Of a DNA stretch of 32,000 nt, positions 17,310 through 27,379 are shown piece by piece; position 1 is the first letter of the stretch; each line of letters starts with the position of its first letter. The notes below the pieces were generated by a model that did not search any database, was not told the DNA's origin, and saw nothing but the letters and a program-made list of their open reading frames with translations. The position numbers and the translations under genes were made by a program. The stretch lies in assembly GCF_001457615.1 (NCBI RefSeq), contig NZ_LN831024.1, positions 2,550,001 to 2,582,000 on the forward strand, in the 5' to 3' direction. This DNA is from Pseudomonas aeruginosa. GTDB lineage: Bacteria; Pseudomonadota; Gammaproteobacteria; Pseudomonadales; Pseudomonadaceae.

Positions 17310-18338
17310 CTAGCGTTCGCCCTGGCGCCGCGCGGTCTTGCCGGCGAGGCGGGCCTGCCGATAGTCGTTGGCACACTGTCCCGTCCAGCGACGGAAGGCG
17401 TGGCGAAAACTGGAGGTATCCATGTAGCCCAGCCTCTCGGCGACTTCCTCGATGCGCAGTCGCTCGTCCCGCAGCAGTTGGCGCGCCCTGTCGTGACGGA
17501 CCAGGTCGAGCACTTCCCGGTAGTTGGTGCCCTCGTCGGCGAGCCGTCGGCGCAGCGTCCGCTCGGTGACCTTCAACTGCCGGGCGACCCAGGCGATGCT
17601 CGGGTAGCGGTCCTGTAGCACCTCCAGCAGTGCCACGATGCGTTGGCGGTAGCCGCCCATCTCGCGGGTGACGCGGGTGTTGAAGGCCTTGCTGCCGAGC
17701 GCCAGCGAGGCCTGGAACACGGCGGAGTTGGCAGTGGCGATCTCGGCCTCGAGCAATTCCTCGGGGAGGGTGAAGGTGATGCCTGCGCCGGCGAAATACA
17801 CCGGCACCCGGAAATACTCCTCGTATGCCCGCACGTCGCCGTTCCTTTCCGGGAGGCGCAGGCGGACCAGTTCCAGCTCGCCCAGCAGCAGGTCGCGGAA
17901 CACCGCGTAGGCGGCCGACGCCAGGACGTTGGCGTGATACAGCCGGGCCGACTGCGGCCAGTCCGGCTTGTCCTGCAGGTCGATATCCACATCCACGGTG
18001 TCGCAACTGGAACGTCGCACCGCGATCCCGCGGATATCCTTGCGGAACAGCAGCATGTTGGTCTTGATCAGTTGCAAGGCTTCGCCCACGGTGCCGGCAC
18101 TCTGCAATGCCAGCCCGGCGACGCCGTAGTCGGAAAGGCGGTAGTGCTCCCCCAGGCTCAGGCCTTCCAGGGGGGAGCGTCCGTTCAGCACGATCCACTC
18201 GTAGAGCGCTTCGCTGGGCAGGCGCGGCTCGGCAGCCGAACCCTGACGCATGTCCGGAGGCGTGATGCGTTGCACGGCGAGGTAGTTGTTGAGTGGTCGC
18301 CACTCGAAATCGTACTGGATGTTTTCGGACGGGCTCAT
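17310..18338 (-). CDS. AraC-family transcriptional regulator (OruR/ArgR-like, N-terminal arabinose-binding-type domain)
   Basis: 342 aa; C-terminal AraC HTH (VARQLKVTERTLRRRLADEGTNYREVLDLVRHDRARQLLRDERLRIEEVAERLGYMDTSSFRHAFRRWTGQCANDYR). Confidence 0.92.
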   Translation of the reverse strand: MSPSENIQYDFEWRPLNNYLAVQRITPPDMRQGSAAEPRLPSEALYEWIVLNGRSPLEGLSLGEHYRLSDYGVAGLALQSAGTVGEALQLIKTNMLLFRKDIRGIAVRRSSCDTVDVDIDLQDKPDWPQSARLYHANVLASAAYAVFRDLLLGELELVRLRLPERNGDVRAYEEYFRVPVYFAGAGITFTLPEELLEAEIATANSAVFQASLALGSKAFNTRVTREMGGYRQRIVALLEVLQDRYPSIAWVARQLKVTERTLRRRLADEGTNYREVLDLVRHDRARQLLRDERLRIEEVAERLGYMDTSSFRHAFRRWTGQCANDYRQARLAGKTARRQGER

Positions 18339-18955
18339 CGGTTACCTCTTGCACGCGATGCTATCGCCCTGAAGGCGTCAGGGCTTCGTTATTCCATGCG
18401 GATGTCGTTTCGGTTGATTTTCGTACGCTGGGCTTCCGGCAATCACTACCTTGCGTAAGGGGTTGACAGGAGCGGGGTCTGCGTATAGCCGCGCCTCCGC
18501 GACGCCGTGCCGATCGGTCGTGCATGCTTGCCGTGGCCCGGCTGAGCACTGCCGTCCCGGCCACTCTCGCCGGGGTGGCTGCGCCTGGATGATCGTCGTG
18601 GGCGGTGGTGGCGCGGGCCGGTCGCCCTGAGCTTCAGGCGCCATCGCCGCTTGCCGGCGCTCGGGAGGCCGCTGGCCAAGGAAAACCGTAGCGCCGCGGC
18701 GGGCGGCGGCTAGCGGGGATTTCCGGCCACGCGTGCCGTGCCCGGGCCACGCTTGCCTTCCCGGCGCGCCGGACTCCCGGTGGCCTGGAGGACAGGAAAA
18801 GCGAGCGGCGAGGTGTCGGCGAGCAGGGTCAACTCGATCTTCTGATAGGGTCGGTGGGCTGTCCGGGGCGGCTAGGATGGACATTTTCATCGTCTCGGGC
18901 AGGCCTGTCGCGACCGCGCGAAGTCGCGACGGATGCCGCTGCTAAGGAGCAACGG

Positions 18956-20104
18956 ATGACCGTTCTTATCCAGGGGGCCGGGATCGCCGGCCTGGCGCTG
19001 GCGCGCGAATTCACCAAGGCAGGCATCGACTGGCTGCTGGTCGAGCGGGCCAGCGAGATCAGGCCCATCGGTACCGGCATCACCCTGGCGAGCAATGCGT
19101 TGACGGCGTTGTCCAGCACCCTGGATCTCGACCGGCTGTTCCGCCGTGGCATGCCGTTGGCCGGCATCAACGTATACGCCCACGACGGTTCGATGCTGAT
19201 GTCGATGCCTTCCAGTCTGGGTGGGAATTCCCGCGGCGGCCTGGCGTTGCAGCGCCACGAACTGCATGCGGCGCTACTGGAGGGGCTGGATGAGTCGCGC
19301 ATTCGGGTCGGGGTCTCCATCGTGCAGATCCTCGACGGACTCGACCACGAACGCGTGACCCTGAGCGACGGCACTGTCCACGACTGTTCGCTGGTGGTCG
19401 GTGCGGATGGCATTCGTTCGAGCGTGCGACGTTATGTCTGGCCGGAGGCGACCTTGCGTCATTCCGGCGAAACCTGCTGGCGCCTGGTCGTTCCCCATCG
19501 GCTGGAGGACGCCGAGCTGGCGGGAGAGGTCTGGGGACACGGCAAGCGCCTCGGCTTCATCCAGATCAGCCCGCGCGAGATGTATGTCTACGCGACCCTG
19601 AAGGTGCGCCGGGAGGAGCCCGAGGACGAGGAGGGCTTCGTCACCCCGCAACGGCTGGCCGCCCACTACGCGGACTTCGACGGCATCGGCGCGAGCATCG
19701 CCCGGCTCATACCGAGCGCCACCACGCTGGTGCACAACGACCTCGAGGAGTTGGCCGGCGCCTCCTGGTGCCGCGGACGGGTAGTGCTGATCGGTGACGC
19801 CGCACACGCCATGACGCCGAACCTGGGGCAGGGCGCGGCCATGGCCCTGGAGGACGCCTTCCTGCTGGCGCGCCTGTGGTGTCTGGCGCCGCGCGCCGAG
19901 ACGCTGATCCTGTTCCAGCAGCAACGCGAGGCGCGGATCGAGTTCATCAGGAAGCAATCCTGGATCGTCGGCCGCCTTGGTCAATGGGAATCGCCCTGGA
20001 GCGTCTGGCTGAGGAATACCCTCGTTCGCCTGGTGCCGAATGCCAGTCGCAGGCGCCTCCACCAGCGTCTTTTCACCGGTGTCGGTGAGATGGCCGCGCA
20101 GTAG
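18956..20104 (+). CDS. pqsH: PqsH, FAD-dependent 2-heptyl-3-hydroxy-4(1H)-quinolone synthase
   Basis: 382 aa from ATG 18956; GAGIAGLALA FAD motif and GDAAHAMTPNLGQGAAMALEDA; recognised sequence and position immediately upstream of gacA. Confidence 0.93.
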   Translation: MTVLIQGAGIAGLALAREFTKAGIDWLLVERASEIRPIGTGITLASNALTALSSTLDLDRLFRRGMPLAGINVYAHDGSMLMSMPSSLGGNSRGGLALQRHELHAALLEGLDESRIRVGVSIVQILDGLDHERVTLSDGTVHDCSLVVGADGIRSSVRRYVWPEATLRHSGETCWRLVVPHRLEDAELAGEVWGHGKRLGFIQISPREMYVYATLKVRREEPEDEEGFVTPQRLAAHYADFDGIGASIARLIPSATTLVHNDLEELAGASWCRGRVVLIGDAAHAMTPNLGQGAAMALEDAFLLARLWCLAPRAETLILFQQQREARIEFIRKQSWIVGRLGQWESPWSVWLRNTLVRLVPNASRRRLHQRLFTGVGEMAAQ

Positions 20105-20445
20105 CCGCCGGTGCCAGTGGCGTCTTGGTCGCCTGTTTTCGACTTCGGCGATGGTCGCTATGGAGAAGTCCCGGGCAACCAGGGCGCTTGCGCTTTACCA
20201 GGCCCGGCGTCGCTGGGCTCTCCACAGGTTCGCCGGTTTTTGCTGCGATCCGGTCTGCCGCTCGCCGGGGGCTGGCGGTATACTTCGCAGCGCCCGTTCG
20301 ATGCCGTCGAATGATGTTTCCATGACGCTTGATTTATGACGCCTTTGCGCCAAGCTAGGTCATGGGATGGCTTTCTGTTAAGGTTGCCGAAATCTCCTGG
20401 GGGCCCGTGTGGGCGGTTGTCTGCTAATGCGCGACGAGGTGCAGC

Positions 20446-21090
20446 GTGATTAAGGTGCTGGTGGTCGACGACCACGATCTGGTACGCACCGGTATTACCC
20501 GCATGCTGGCCGACATCGAAGGCTTGCAAGTGGTCGGCCAGGCCGACTGCGGTGAAGACTGTCTGAAACTGGCCCGCGAACTGAAGCCGGATGTCGTCCT
20601 GATGGACGTGAAGATGCCCGGTATCGGCGGCCTGGAGGCAACCCGCAAGCTGCTGCGCAGCCAGCCCGACATCAAGGTCGTGGTAGTCACCGTCTGCGAA
20701 GAGGATCCGTTCCCCACCCGCCTCATGCAGGCCGGCGCCGCCGGCTACATGACCAAGGGCGCGGGGCTGGAGGAAATGGTCCAGGCGATTCGCCAGGTCT
20801 TCGCCGGCCAGCGCTATATCAGCCCGCAGATCGCCCAGCAACTGGCGCTGAAGTCCTTCCAGCCGCAGCAGCACGATTCCCCCTTCGATTCGCTGTCCGA
20901 GCGCGAGATCCAGATCGCCCTGATGATCGCCAACTGCCACAAGGTGCAGAGCATCTCCGACAAGCTGTGCCTGTCGCCGAAGACCGTGAATACCTATCGC
21001 TACCGCATCTTCGAGAAGCTCTCGATCACCAGCGACGTGGAGCTGGCGCTGCTCGCCGTCCGCCACGGCATGGTCGATGCCGCCAGCTAG
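20446..21090 (+). CDS. gacA: GacA, NarL/FixJ-family response regulator
   Basis: 214 aa from GTG; MIKVLVVDDHDLVRTGITRML, phosphoacceptor VLMDVKMPG, C-terminal HTH LCLSPKTVNTYRYRIFEKL; directly upstream of uvrC. Confidence 0.97.
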   Translation: MIKVLVVDDHDLVRTGITRMLADIEGLQVVGQADCGEDCLKLARELKPDVVLMDVKMPGIGGLEATRKLLRSQPDIKVVVVTVCEEDPFPTRLMQAGAAGYMTKGAGLEEMVQAIRQVFAGQRYISPQIAQQLALKSFQPQQHDSPFDSLSEREIQIALMIANCHKVQSISDKLCLSPKTVNTYRYRIFEKLSITSDVELALLAVRHGMVDAAS

Positions 21091-22917
21091 ATGAGCGCCG
21101 TTTTCGACGCAAGCGCTTTCCTCGCTACCTGCAGCAATCGTCCGGGCGTCTACCGCATGTTCGATGCGGACGCCAAGCTTCTCTACGTGGGCAAGGCGAA
21201 GAGCCTGAAGAAGCGCCTGGCCAGCTATTTCCGCAAGTCCGGCCTGGCGCCGAAGACCGCTGCGCTGGTGGCGCGGATCGCCCAGGTGGAAACCACCATC
21301 ACCGCCAATGAAACCGAGGCGTTGCTGCTGGAGCAGACGCTGATCAAGGAGTGGCGGCCGCCCTACAACATCCTGCTGCGGGACGACAAGTCCTATCCCT
21401 TCGTGTTCCTCTCCAGCGAGGACGAGTATCCGCGGCTGTCCCTGCACCGTGGCGCGAAGAAGCGCAAGGGGCGTTACTTCGGTCCCTATCCGAGCGCGGG
21501 AGCGATCCGCGAGAGCCTCAACCTGCTGCAGAAGGCGTTTCTCGTCCGCCAGTGCGAGGACAGCTATTTCCGCAACCGTACGCGGCCCTGCCTGCAATAC
21601 CAGATCAAGCGCTGCAAGGGGCCCTGCGTGGGGCTGGTCAGTCCTGAGGAGTACGCCGAGGACGTGCGCCACTCGGTGATGTTCCTCGAAGGAAGGAGCA
21701 ACGCGCTGGCCGACGAGCTGAACGTCGGCATGGAGCAGGCGGCGATGCGCCTGGACTTCGAGAAGGCGGCGGAGTTGCGCGACCAGGTGGCGATCCTGCG
21801 GCGGGTCCAGGACCAGCAGAGCATGGAAGGTGGCAACGGCGACGTCGACATCGTCGCCGCCATCGTCACCCCTGGCGGCGCTTGCGTACACCTGATCAGC
21901 GTACGCGGCGGGCGGGTGCTGGGCAGCAAGAACTTCTTCCCGCAGGTCGCGATCGAGGAGGAGGTGGGCGAAGTGCTGCTGGCGTTCCTTGGCCAGTACT
22001 ATCTCAGCCACCAGGAGCGCGACCTGCCGGCGGAGTTGATCGTCAACGTGACGCACGAGGATTTCCCGGTGCTGGTTTCGGCGATCGCCGAAGCGCGAGG
22101 CCGCGAACTGGAGATCAGCTACCGGGTGCGTGGTACCCGCGCCCGCTGGCAGCAACTGGCGGTGACCAACGCCGAACAGGCCCTGGGCGCACGCCTGGCC
22201 AACCGCCAGCATGTGGCGGCACGCTTCGAAGCCCTTGCCGAGGCGCTCGACCTGGCGGAGCCGCCGCAACGCCTGGAGTGCTTCGATATCAGTCACTCCA
22301 GCGGCGAGGCTACCGTGGCTTCCTGCGTGGTGTTCGGCCCGGAAGGGCCGCTGAAATCGGACTATCGCCGCTACAACATCGAAGGCGTCACGGCCGGCGA
22401 CGACTACGCGGCGATGCACCAGGCGCTGACCCGCCGCTTCAGTCGCCTGAAGGACGGCGAGGGGAAGATGCCCGACATTCTCCTGGTGGATGGCGGCAAG
22501 GGGCAATTGGCCATGGCCCAGGAGGTGCTCCAGGAACTGGCGGTCGCCGGTCTGATCCTGCTCGGCGTGGCCAAGGGCGTGACCCGCAAGCCGGGGCTGG
22601 AAACCCTCTACCTGAACGATGCCTCCCACGAGTTCACCCTGCCGGCCGATTCGCCGGCGCTGCACCTGATCCAGCAGATACGTGACGAAGCGCACCGTTT
22701 CGCCATCACCGGCCACCGTGCGCGGCGCGGCAAGGCACGGCGGACGTCGACGCTGGAGGACGTCCCTGGCGTCGGCCCGAAACGTCGGCGCGACTTGCTC
22801 AAGCATTTCGGCGGGTTGCAGGAATTGTCGCGGGCGAGTATCGATGAACTGGCCAAAGCCCCCGGTATCAGTAAAAAGCTTGCCGAGCAGATTTATGCCG
22901 TCCTGCACAGCGAGTAG
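21091..22917 (+). CDS. uvrC: UvrABC excinuclease subunit C
   Basis: 608 aa; GIY-YIG domain ([27 protein letters not shown]), [24 protein letters not shown]-terminal HhH. ATG directly abuts the gacA stop codon. Confidence 0.98.
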   Translation: MSAVFDASAFLATCSNRPGVYRMFDADAKLLYVGKAKSLKKRLASYFRKSGLAPKTAALVARIAQVETTITANETEALLLEQTLIKEWRPPYNILLRDDKSYPFVFLSSEDEYPRLSLHRGAKKRKGRYFGPYPSAGAIRESLNLLQKAFLVRQCEDSYFRNRTRPCLQYQIKRCKGPCVGLVSPEEYAEDVRHSVMFLEGRSNALADELNVGMEQAAMRLDFEKAAELRDQVAILRRVQDQQSMEGGNGDVDIVAAIVTPGGACVHLISVRGGRVLGSKNFFPQVAIEEEVGEVLLAFLGQYYLSHQERDLPAELIVNVTHEDFPVLVSAIAEARGRELEISYRVRGTRARWQQLAVTNAEQALGARLANRQHVAARFEALAEALDLAEPPQRLECFDISHSSGEATVASCVVFGPEGPLKSDYRRYNIEGVTAGDDYAAMHQALTRRFSRLKDGEGKMPDILLVDGGKGQLAMAQEVLQELAVAGLILLGVAKGVTRKPGLETLYLNDASHEFTLPADSPALHLIQQIRDEAHRFAITGHRARRGKARRTSTLEDVPGVGPKRRRDLLKHFGGLQELSRASIDELAKAPGISKKLAEQIYAVLHSE

Positions 22918-22950
22918 AATGCCGGCTCACCTCGCAGCCTAGATGGTCCG

Positions 22951-23511
22951 ATGAATATCCCCAATCTGCTCACGTTACTGCGCGTCCTGCTCATTCCGAT
23001 CTTCATTCTGCTGTTCTATCTGCCGACGTCCTGGAGCTACCTGACCGCCAGTGCCGTGTTCGCCCTGGCCGCCGCCACCGACTGGCTGGACGGCTACCTC
23101 GCCCGGCGCCTCGGCCAGAGCACGCCGTTCGGCGCCTTCCTCGACCCGGTCGCGGACAAGCTGATGGTGGCGGTTGCGCTGGTCTTGCTGGTGGAAGAGC
23201 ACGCCAACCTGTGGCTGACCCTGCCGGCGGTGATCATCATCGGCCGCGAGATCGTGGTTTCCGCCTTGCGTGAGTGGATGGCCGAACTGGGGGCGAGGGC
23301 GCAGGTCGCGGTGTCCAACCTGGGCAAGTGGAAGACCGCGGCGCAGATGCTGGCGCTGGTCATTCTCCTGGCGAATCCGCCGCTGATGACCTTCTGGGTG
23401 ATTCTCGGCTACGTGCTGCTGATCATCTCCGCGGCGCTGACCCTGTGGTCCATGGTGCACTACCTGCTGGCCGCGTGGCCGCATCTGTCGACCACCCCGA
23501 AAGAGAAATAA
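22951..23511 (+). CDS. pgsA: CDP-diacylglycerol--glycerol-3-phosphate 3-phosphatidyltransferase
   Basis: 186 aa; CDP-alcohol phosphotransferase motif [27 protein letters not shown]. Confidence 0.97.
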   Translation: MNIPNLLTLLRVLLIPIFILLFYLPTSWSYLTASAVFALAAATDWLDGYLARRLGQSTPFGAFLDPVADKLMVAVALVLLVEEHANLWLTLPAVIIIGREIVVSALREWMAELGARAQVAVSNLGKWKTAAQMLALVILLANPPLMTFWVILGYVLLIISAALTLWSMVHYLLAAWPHLSTTPKEK

Positions 23512-23530
23512 ACTTTTTTGAATCAAGGAG

Positions 23531-23558
23531 TTGACACGGCGCCGCGATGCTATAGAAT
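23531..23558 (+). promoter_or_regulatory. Sigma-70 promoter of tRNA-Gly
   Basis: -35 TTGACA (23531-23536), 16-nt spacer, -10 TAGAAT (23553-23558), GC-rich discriminator. Confidence 0.7.
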
Positions 23559-23579
23559 GGCGCCCGTCACCAAGACGAT

Positions 23580-23655
<76 letters not shown>

Positions 23656-23657
23656 AA

Positions 23658-23669
23658 TATAGATCTATA
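23658..23669. repeat. Perfect palindrome TATAGATCTATA directly after tRNA-Gly
   Basis: 12-bp perfect palindrome starting 2 nt past the tRNA CCA. Confidence 0.6.
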
Positions 23670-23698
23670 GAGTTCCAATGAAGTCTGTAGATCATTGA

Positions 23699-23723
23699 GA
23701 AAGGGCCTTCGGGCCCTTTTTTC
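23699..23723 (+). terminator. Rho-independent terminator of tRNA-Gly
   Basis: AAGGGCC TTC GGGCCCTTTTTTC: GC stem followed by U run. Confidence 0.9.
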
Positions 23724-24403
23724 GTTCCGCCTCCAAGTCCCGTACCCGTTCGTGGAACGTCCGCGCCGAGGGGCGGTTCTCCTTGCCGCTTTCCCGGCGA
23801 CCGGGGCCGTACGTTTCGCGAAGCCCTTCGTCTCGCCAGCGAGGCGGCTTGCCGCAAGATGCTGCCTCGGCACATCAGAAGTGTGGCTGTCGCACTCCAG
23901 GGGGGCTCGATTCATTGCACCTTGGACCGCCTTCGTGCGCCTGTTGCTTTGGCTGCCACGTTCGACCGAGCCGTCCCAAGGCCAGCGCTTCGGTATCGCA
24001 GCGCTTCGACGACCACTGAGAAGGTCGGCGAAGGTTGCCTCTGACTTGGGTGATAGAGGTAATAGCCCGGGAATGGATCGCACCAGCCTTCCAGCACGCT
24101 ACCAGGTTGCCCTCGGCGATGTGCGGCTCGAACTGGGCTTTCGAGTGCAGGCATGCCACGGCCAGGGCGCACGTCATCGCAAGCGGCTTCATCGATCTAG
24201 CCGGCGACGCGAAAGAGTCTAGGGTTTTCGCGAGCCGGGCATAAGGCGGCTGTCAGAGCGAGTGTCGACAGGCGTGGGTTCCTGGGAAAAGTATCCATCT
24301 ACCTGCTAACATGGCGGCATCGTTGCCGATGTATCCGCAGGCTCCGGGTCGCGGATGCGCTGCTTTCTGTCCGGCCGGAGAACTTTGCCATCGTAGACTC
24401 GAC

Positions 24404-27289
24404 ATGCTGACAAGGTCGTTGCTGTCCGCGGTCTTTTGCCTGTTGCTGATCGCTCTGCAGCCGCTGCCCGTCGAAGCCGAATCCATCCTGCCGGATGGGC
24501 GTACGACGACAACGATGCGTCCCTGGCTCGATAAACGAGCCAGGCAGTGGCTGGATGCACGGGAGCCGCTGACGGTAGGCGTGGTTTCCCCCGACTATCC
24601 GCCGTTGTCCATCTTCTACGCAGGCTCCTACAAGGGCTTCACGGCCGATTACCTGGCCCTGGTGTTCGAGCGGCCGTTGCGCGTCAGGGACTTTCCGTCG
24701 CGGCAGGCGGCAATCGACGCGTTGTCGCAAGGGGAGATCGACCTGCTTGGCGTCGGTAGCGAGGTCGAGGCCCGACAACACGGCTTGCTGGCATCCGCTG
24801 CGTATCTTTCCGACCGGCCGGTACTGGTGTCTTCCAGCGGTGCCCCGTTCGATTCGCAGGCGGAGTCCTGGCTGGCCACGGTCAAGGGCTATCTTCCCGC
24901 CGAACGTATCAAAGCTGCCTATCCGCACAGCAGGATCATCTGGTTCGACTCGCCGCAGCTTGCCCTGGAAGCGCTGAGCATGGGGGATGTCGATGGCGTG
25001 CTGGGGGACGCAGTTTCCACGCACTACCTCATCCAGACCCATTACCTGCTGAACTTGCGCATCGAGAACTTCGCACCCATCGACAGCCAGGGTTTCCGTT
25101 TCCTGCTCCGGCCAGGTGACGAACCTCTGCTCGCGCTCATCGATCGCGCCCTGCCGCATATTAGCGGGCGCTACGGCGACGAACTGTTGCGCAGCTGGAG
25201 CGCCGGGCGGCGCCTGCGCTTCGACGAGCCCCGGGTGACGCTGTCGCCGGCGGAGCAGCGTTGGCTCTCCGCGCACCCGGTCGTGCCGGTGGTGATCAAC
25301 CATTCCCTTGGCGCGCTCGGGCAACTGGATAACGAGGGGAGGCTGAGTGGTATCGGGCGTGACTATCTGGACCTGATCGGCAAGCGCAGTGGCCTGCGGT
25401 TTTCCTTCACTGGAGCACGCAACTTCGTCGAGACGAAAAGTCGACTGGATGCGGAGGAGGCACTGGTTACGCCGACCATGCCTTCGTCGGAGCGCTTCGA
25501 TTCCGGCCTCGAAGTGCTGACGCCCTATCTACGCAGCGCCACGGTGCTGATGGGCGCCCGCCAGGGTGGCCGGGATGAAAGGGTGGGGCGTGTCCATGGC
25601 CTCGCGGACCTGGCGGGCAAGCGATTGGCGACGACGATTGGCTATTTTCTCAACGACTTCATTCGACGCGAACACCCGGAGATCAAGCTCCAGGTCTATC
25701 CGACCTTCCTCGCCGCCATGCGCAGCGTAGACGCCGGCCAGAGCGAGGCCGCCATCAGCAGCGACTATACCGGTCGCTATCTGTCCGCCCAGCATTTCGA
25801 GAACCGGATCCAGGTCGTCGGTATCCTCGATGACCTCTCCATCCCGATCAGCATCGGCGTGGCGAGGAACCAGCCGGAGCTGCAGGGCATCCTGGAGAAG
25901 GCGCAGCTGGCGATCGCTCCGGAAGAAGTGGCGGAAATCCTCCACCGCTGGGAGCCTCGCTTCGCCAAGGGAGGGGCGGACTTCTGGCGCGATCACCGGA
26001 GCAAGATTCTGCAGATCGGCGGATTGTTCGGCGTACTGATTTCCATCTCCCTCATCTGGGGTTTCTACCTGATGCGCCAGGTGCGCAAGACCCGCCAGGC
26101 AGAAGAGCAAGCCGACGCTGCCAACCGTGCCAAGAGCGTGTTTCTTTCGACGATGAGTCACGAGATCCGCACGCCATTGAATGCGGTCATCGGCCTGCAG
26201 GAACTGGTGCTGAAAAAGGGCGAGAAGGGCGTGTTGGACCTAGATTCGCTGAGCATTGCCCAGGAGGCCGCCCAAGGGTTGCTGCTTCTGCTGGGCAATA
26301 TTCTCGATTTGTCGCGGATCGAATCCGGTCGGTTCGATTCAGCTCCCGAACCAGTGCTTCCTGGCGAGTTGATCAGAGGAATCCTGCCGTTGGTTGGTGG
26401 GCTGACGCGGCAGAAGAATCTTTCCCTGGCACTGGAACTCGACGGGGATCTCGAGCACTGGGTGCTGGTGGATCCCCTGCATTTCAAGCAGGTGTTGTTC
26501 AACCTGCTGGGCAATGCCATCAAGTTCACCGAGCGCGGAGGGGTAACGGTGCGGGCGGTGGGGCGGCGCGAGGCGGAGAGGCTTCATTTGCTGCTCGAGG
26601 TAAGCGACACCGGCCTCGGTATTTCGGAGGAGGACCAGGCCAGGCTGTTCCGGCCATTCTCGCAGGTCGGCTCGCCTGCGCTTGGCCAGGCGTCCGGCAG
26701 CGGCCTGGGGTTGTATATCAGCCGACGCCTGGTGCACCTGATGGGCGGCCAGATCAGCCTGCGCAGCGAACTGGGCAACGGCTCCTGCTTCTCGGTCGAG
26801 TTCGATCTTCCGCTGACCGAGCCTCCGCCCAGCGAGTCCAGCGAAGCGCGTTCCGGAGTTGCCGAGGTCGAGGAGCGGAAAGAGGCAAGGGCGCTCTCGA
26901 TATTGCTTGCGGAAGACCATCCGTTCAATCGGCTGACCCTGACCATGCAATTGGAAAGCCTTGGGCACCGGGTGACCTCCACGGAAGATGGCGAGGAAGC
27001 ATTCGAACGTTGGCAGGGCGAAGACTTCGACGTCGTGATTACCGACGGCATGATGCCGCGGATGGATGGCTACGAGCTGGCGCGACGGATCCGGTCGCAA
27101 GAAGCCCTTGGCGGTCGGCGTCGCTGCTTGGTGATAGCGCTTACCGCCAGCGCCGAGAAGGATGCGCTGGAGCGTTGCCTGGCTGCCGGCATGGACCGGG
27201 TCCTGTTCAAGCCGACTACGCTCGATGAGCTCGCTCGGGCGCTGAACGGGGGAGAGCCGCTCATGCCTACGAGCGTCGATTCGCAATGA
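24404..27289 (+). CDS. BvgS-like hybrid sensor histidine kinase (two SBP_bac_3-type periplasmic domains, TM, HisKA, HATPase_c, REC)
   Basis: Signal peptide from ATG 24404 (MLTRSLLSAVFCLLLIALQPLPVEA), two periplasmic SBP-like domains, TM segment (GGLFGVLISISLIWGFYLM), H-box MSHEIRTPLNAVIG, N/G boxes, REC domain AEDHPFNRLTLTMQLE...VVITDGMMPRMDG. The ORF track extends it upstream to 24311. Confidence 0.9.
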   Translation: MLTRSLLSAVFCLLLIALQPLPVEAESILPDGRTTTTMRPWLDKRARQWLDAREPLTVGVVSPDYPPLSIFYAGSYKGFTADYLALVFERPLRVRDFPSRQAAIDALSQGEIDLLGVGSEVEARQHGLLASAAYLSDRPVLVSSSGAPFDSQAESWLATVKGYLPAERIKAAYPHSRIIWFDSPQLALEALSMGDVDGVLGDAVSTHYLIQTHYLLNLRIENFAPIDSQGFRFLLRPGDEPLLALIDRALPHISGRYGDELLRSWSAGRRLRFDEPRVTLSPAEQRWLSAHPVVPVVINHSLGALGQLDNEGRLSGIGRDYLDLIGKRSGLRFSFTGARNFVETKSRLDAEEALVTPTMPSSERFDSGLEVLTPYLRSATVLMGARQGGRDERVGRVHGLADLAGKRLATTIGYFLNDFIRREHPEIKLQVYPTFLAAMRSVDAGQSEAAISSDYTGRYLSAQHFENRIQVVGILDDLSIPISIGVARNQPELQGILEKAQLAIAPEEVAEILHRWEPRFAKGGADFWRDHRSKILQIGGLFGVLISISLIWGFYLMRQVRKTRQAEEQADAANRAKSVFLSTMSHEIRTPLNAVIGLQELVLKKGEKGVLDLDSLSIAQEAAQGLLLLLGNILDLSRIESGRFDSAPEPVLPGELIRGILPLVGGLTRQKNLSLALELDGDLEHWVLVDPLHFKQVLFNLLGNAIKFTERGGVTVRAVGRREAERLHLLLEVSDTGLGISEEDQARLFRPFSQVGSPALGQASGSGLGLYISRRLVHLMGGQISLRSELGNGSCFSVEFDLPLTEPPPSESSEARSGVAEVEERKEARALSILLAEDHPFNRLTLTMQLESLGHRVTSTEDGEEAFERWQGEDFDVVITDGMMPRMDGYELARRIRSQEALGGRRRCLVIALTASAEKDALERCLAAGMDRVLFKPTTLDELARALNGGEPLMPTSVDSQ

Positions 27290-27379
27290 AAGTGCCCGAC
27301 TGGTTGCCGTTTTGCGTGCCGCGAGCGGATGTATCGGGTAATCTCTCGCAGAAATGAACCAGCACTAGTGAAGCGAACG

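Noticed and set aside
16304-17569. 421 aa plus-strand ORF overlapping the MFS gene
   Set aside because: Alternate frame of the MFS gene running past its end; Arg/Gly/Pro-rich composition with no membrane helices.
20105-20445. Small ORFs between pqsH and gacA
   Set aside because: Short and mutually overlapping with no RBS or recognisable motif. More likely the gacA promoter/leader region.
20158-22908. 916 aa antisense ORF across gacA and uvrC
   Set aside because: It covers two unmistakable genes on the other strand and shows no protein-family motifs.
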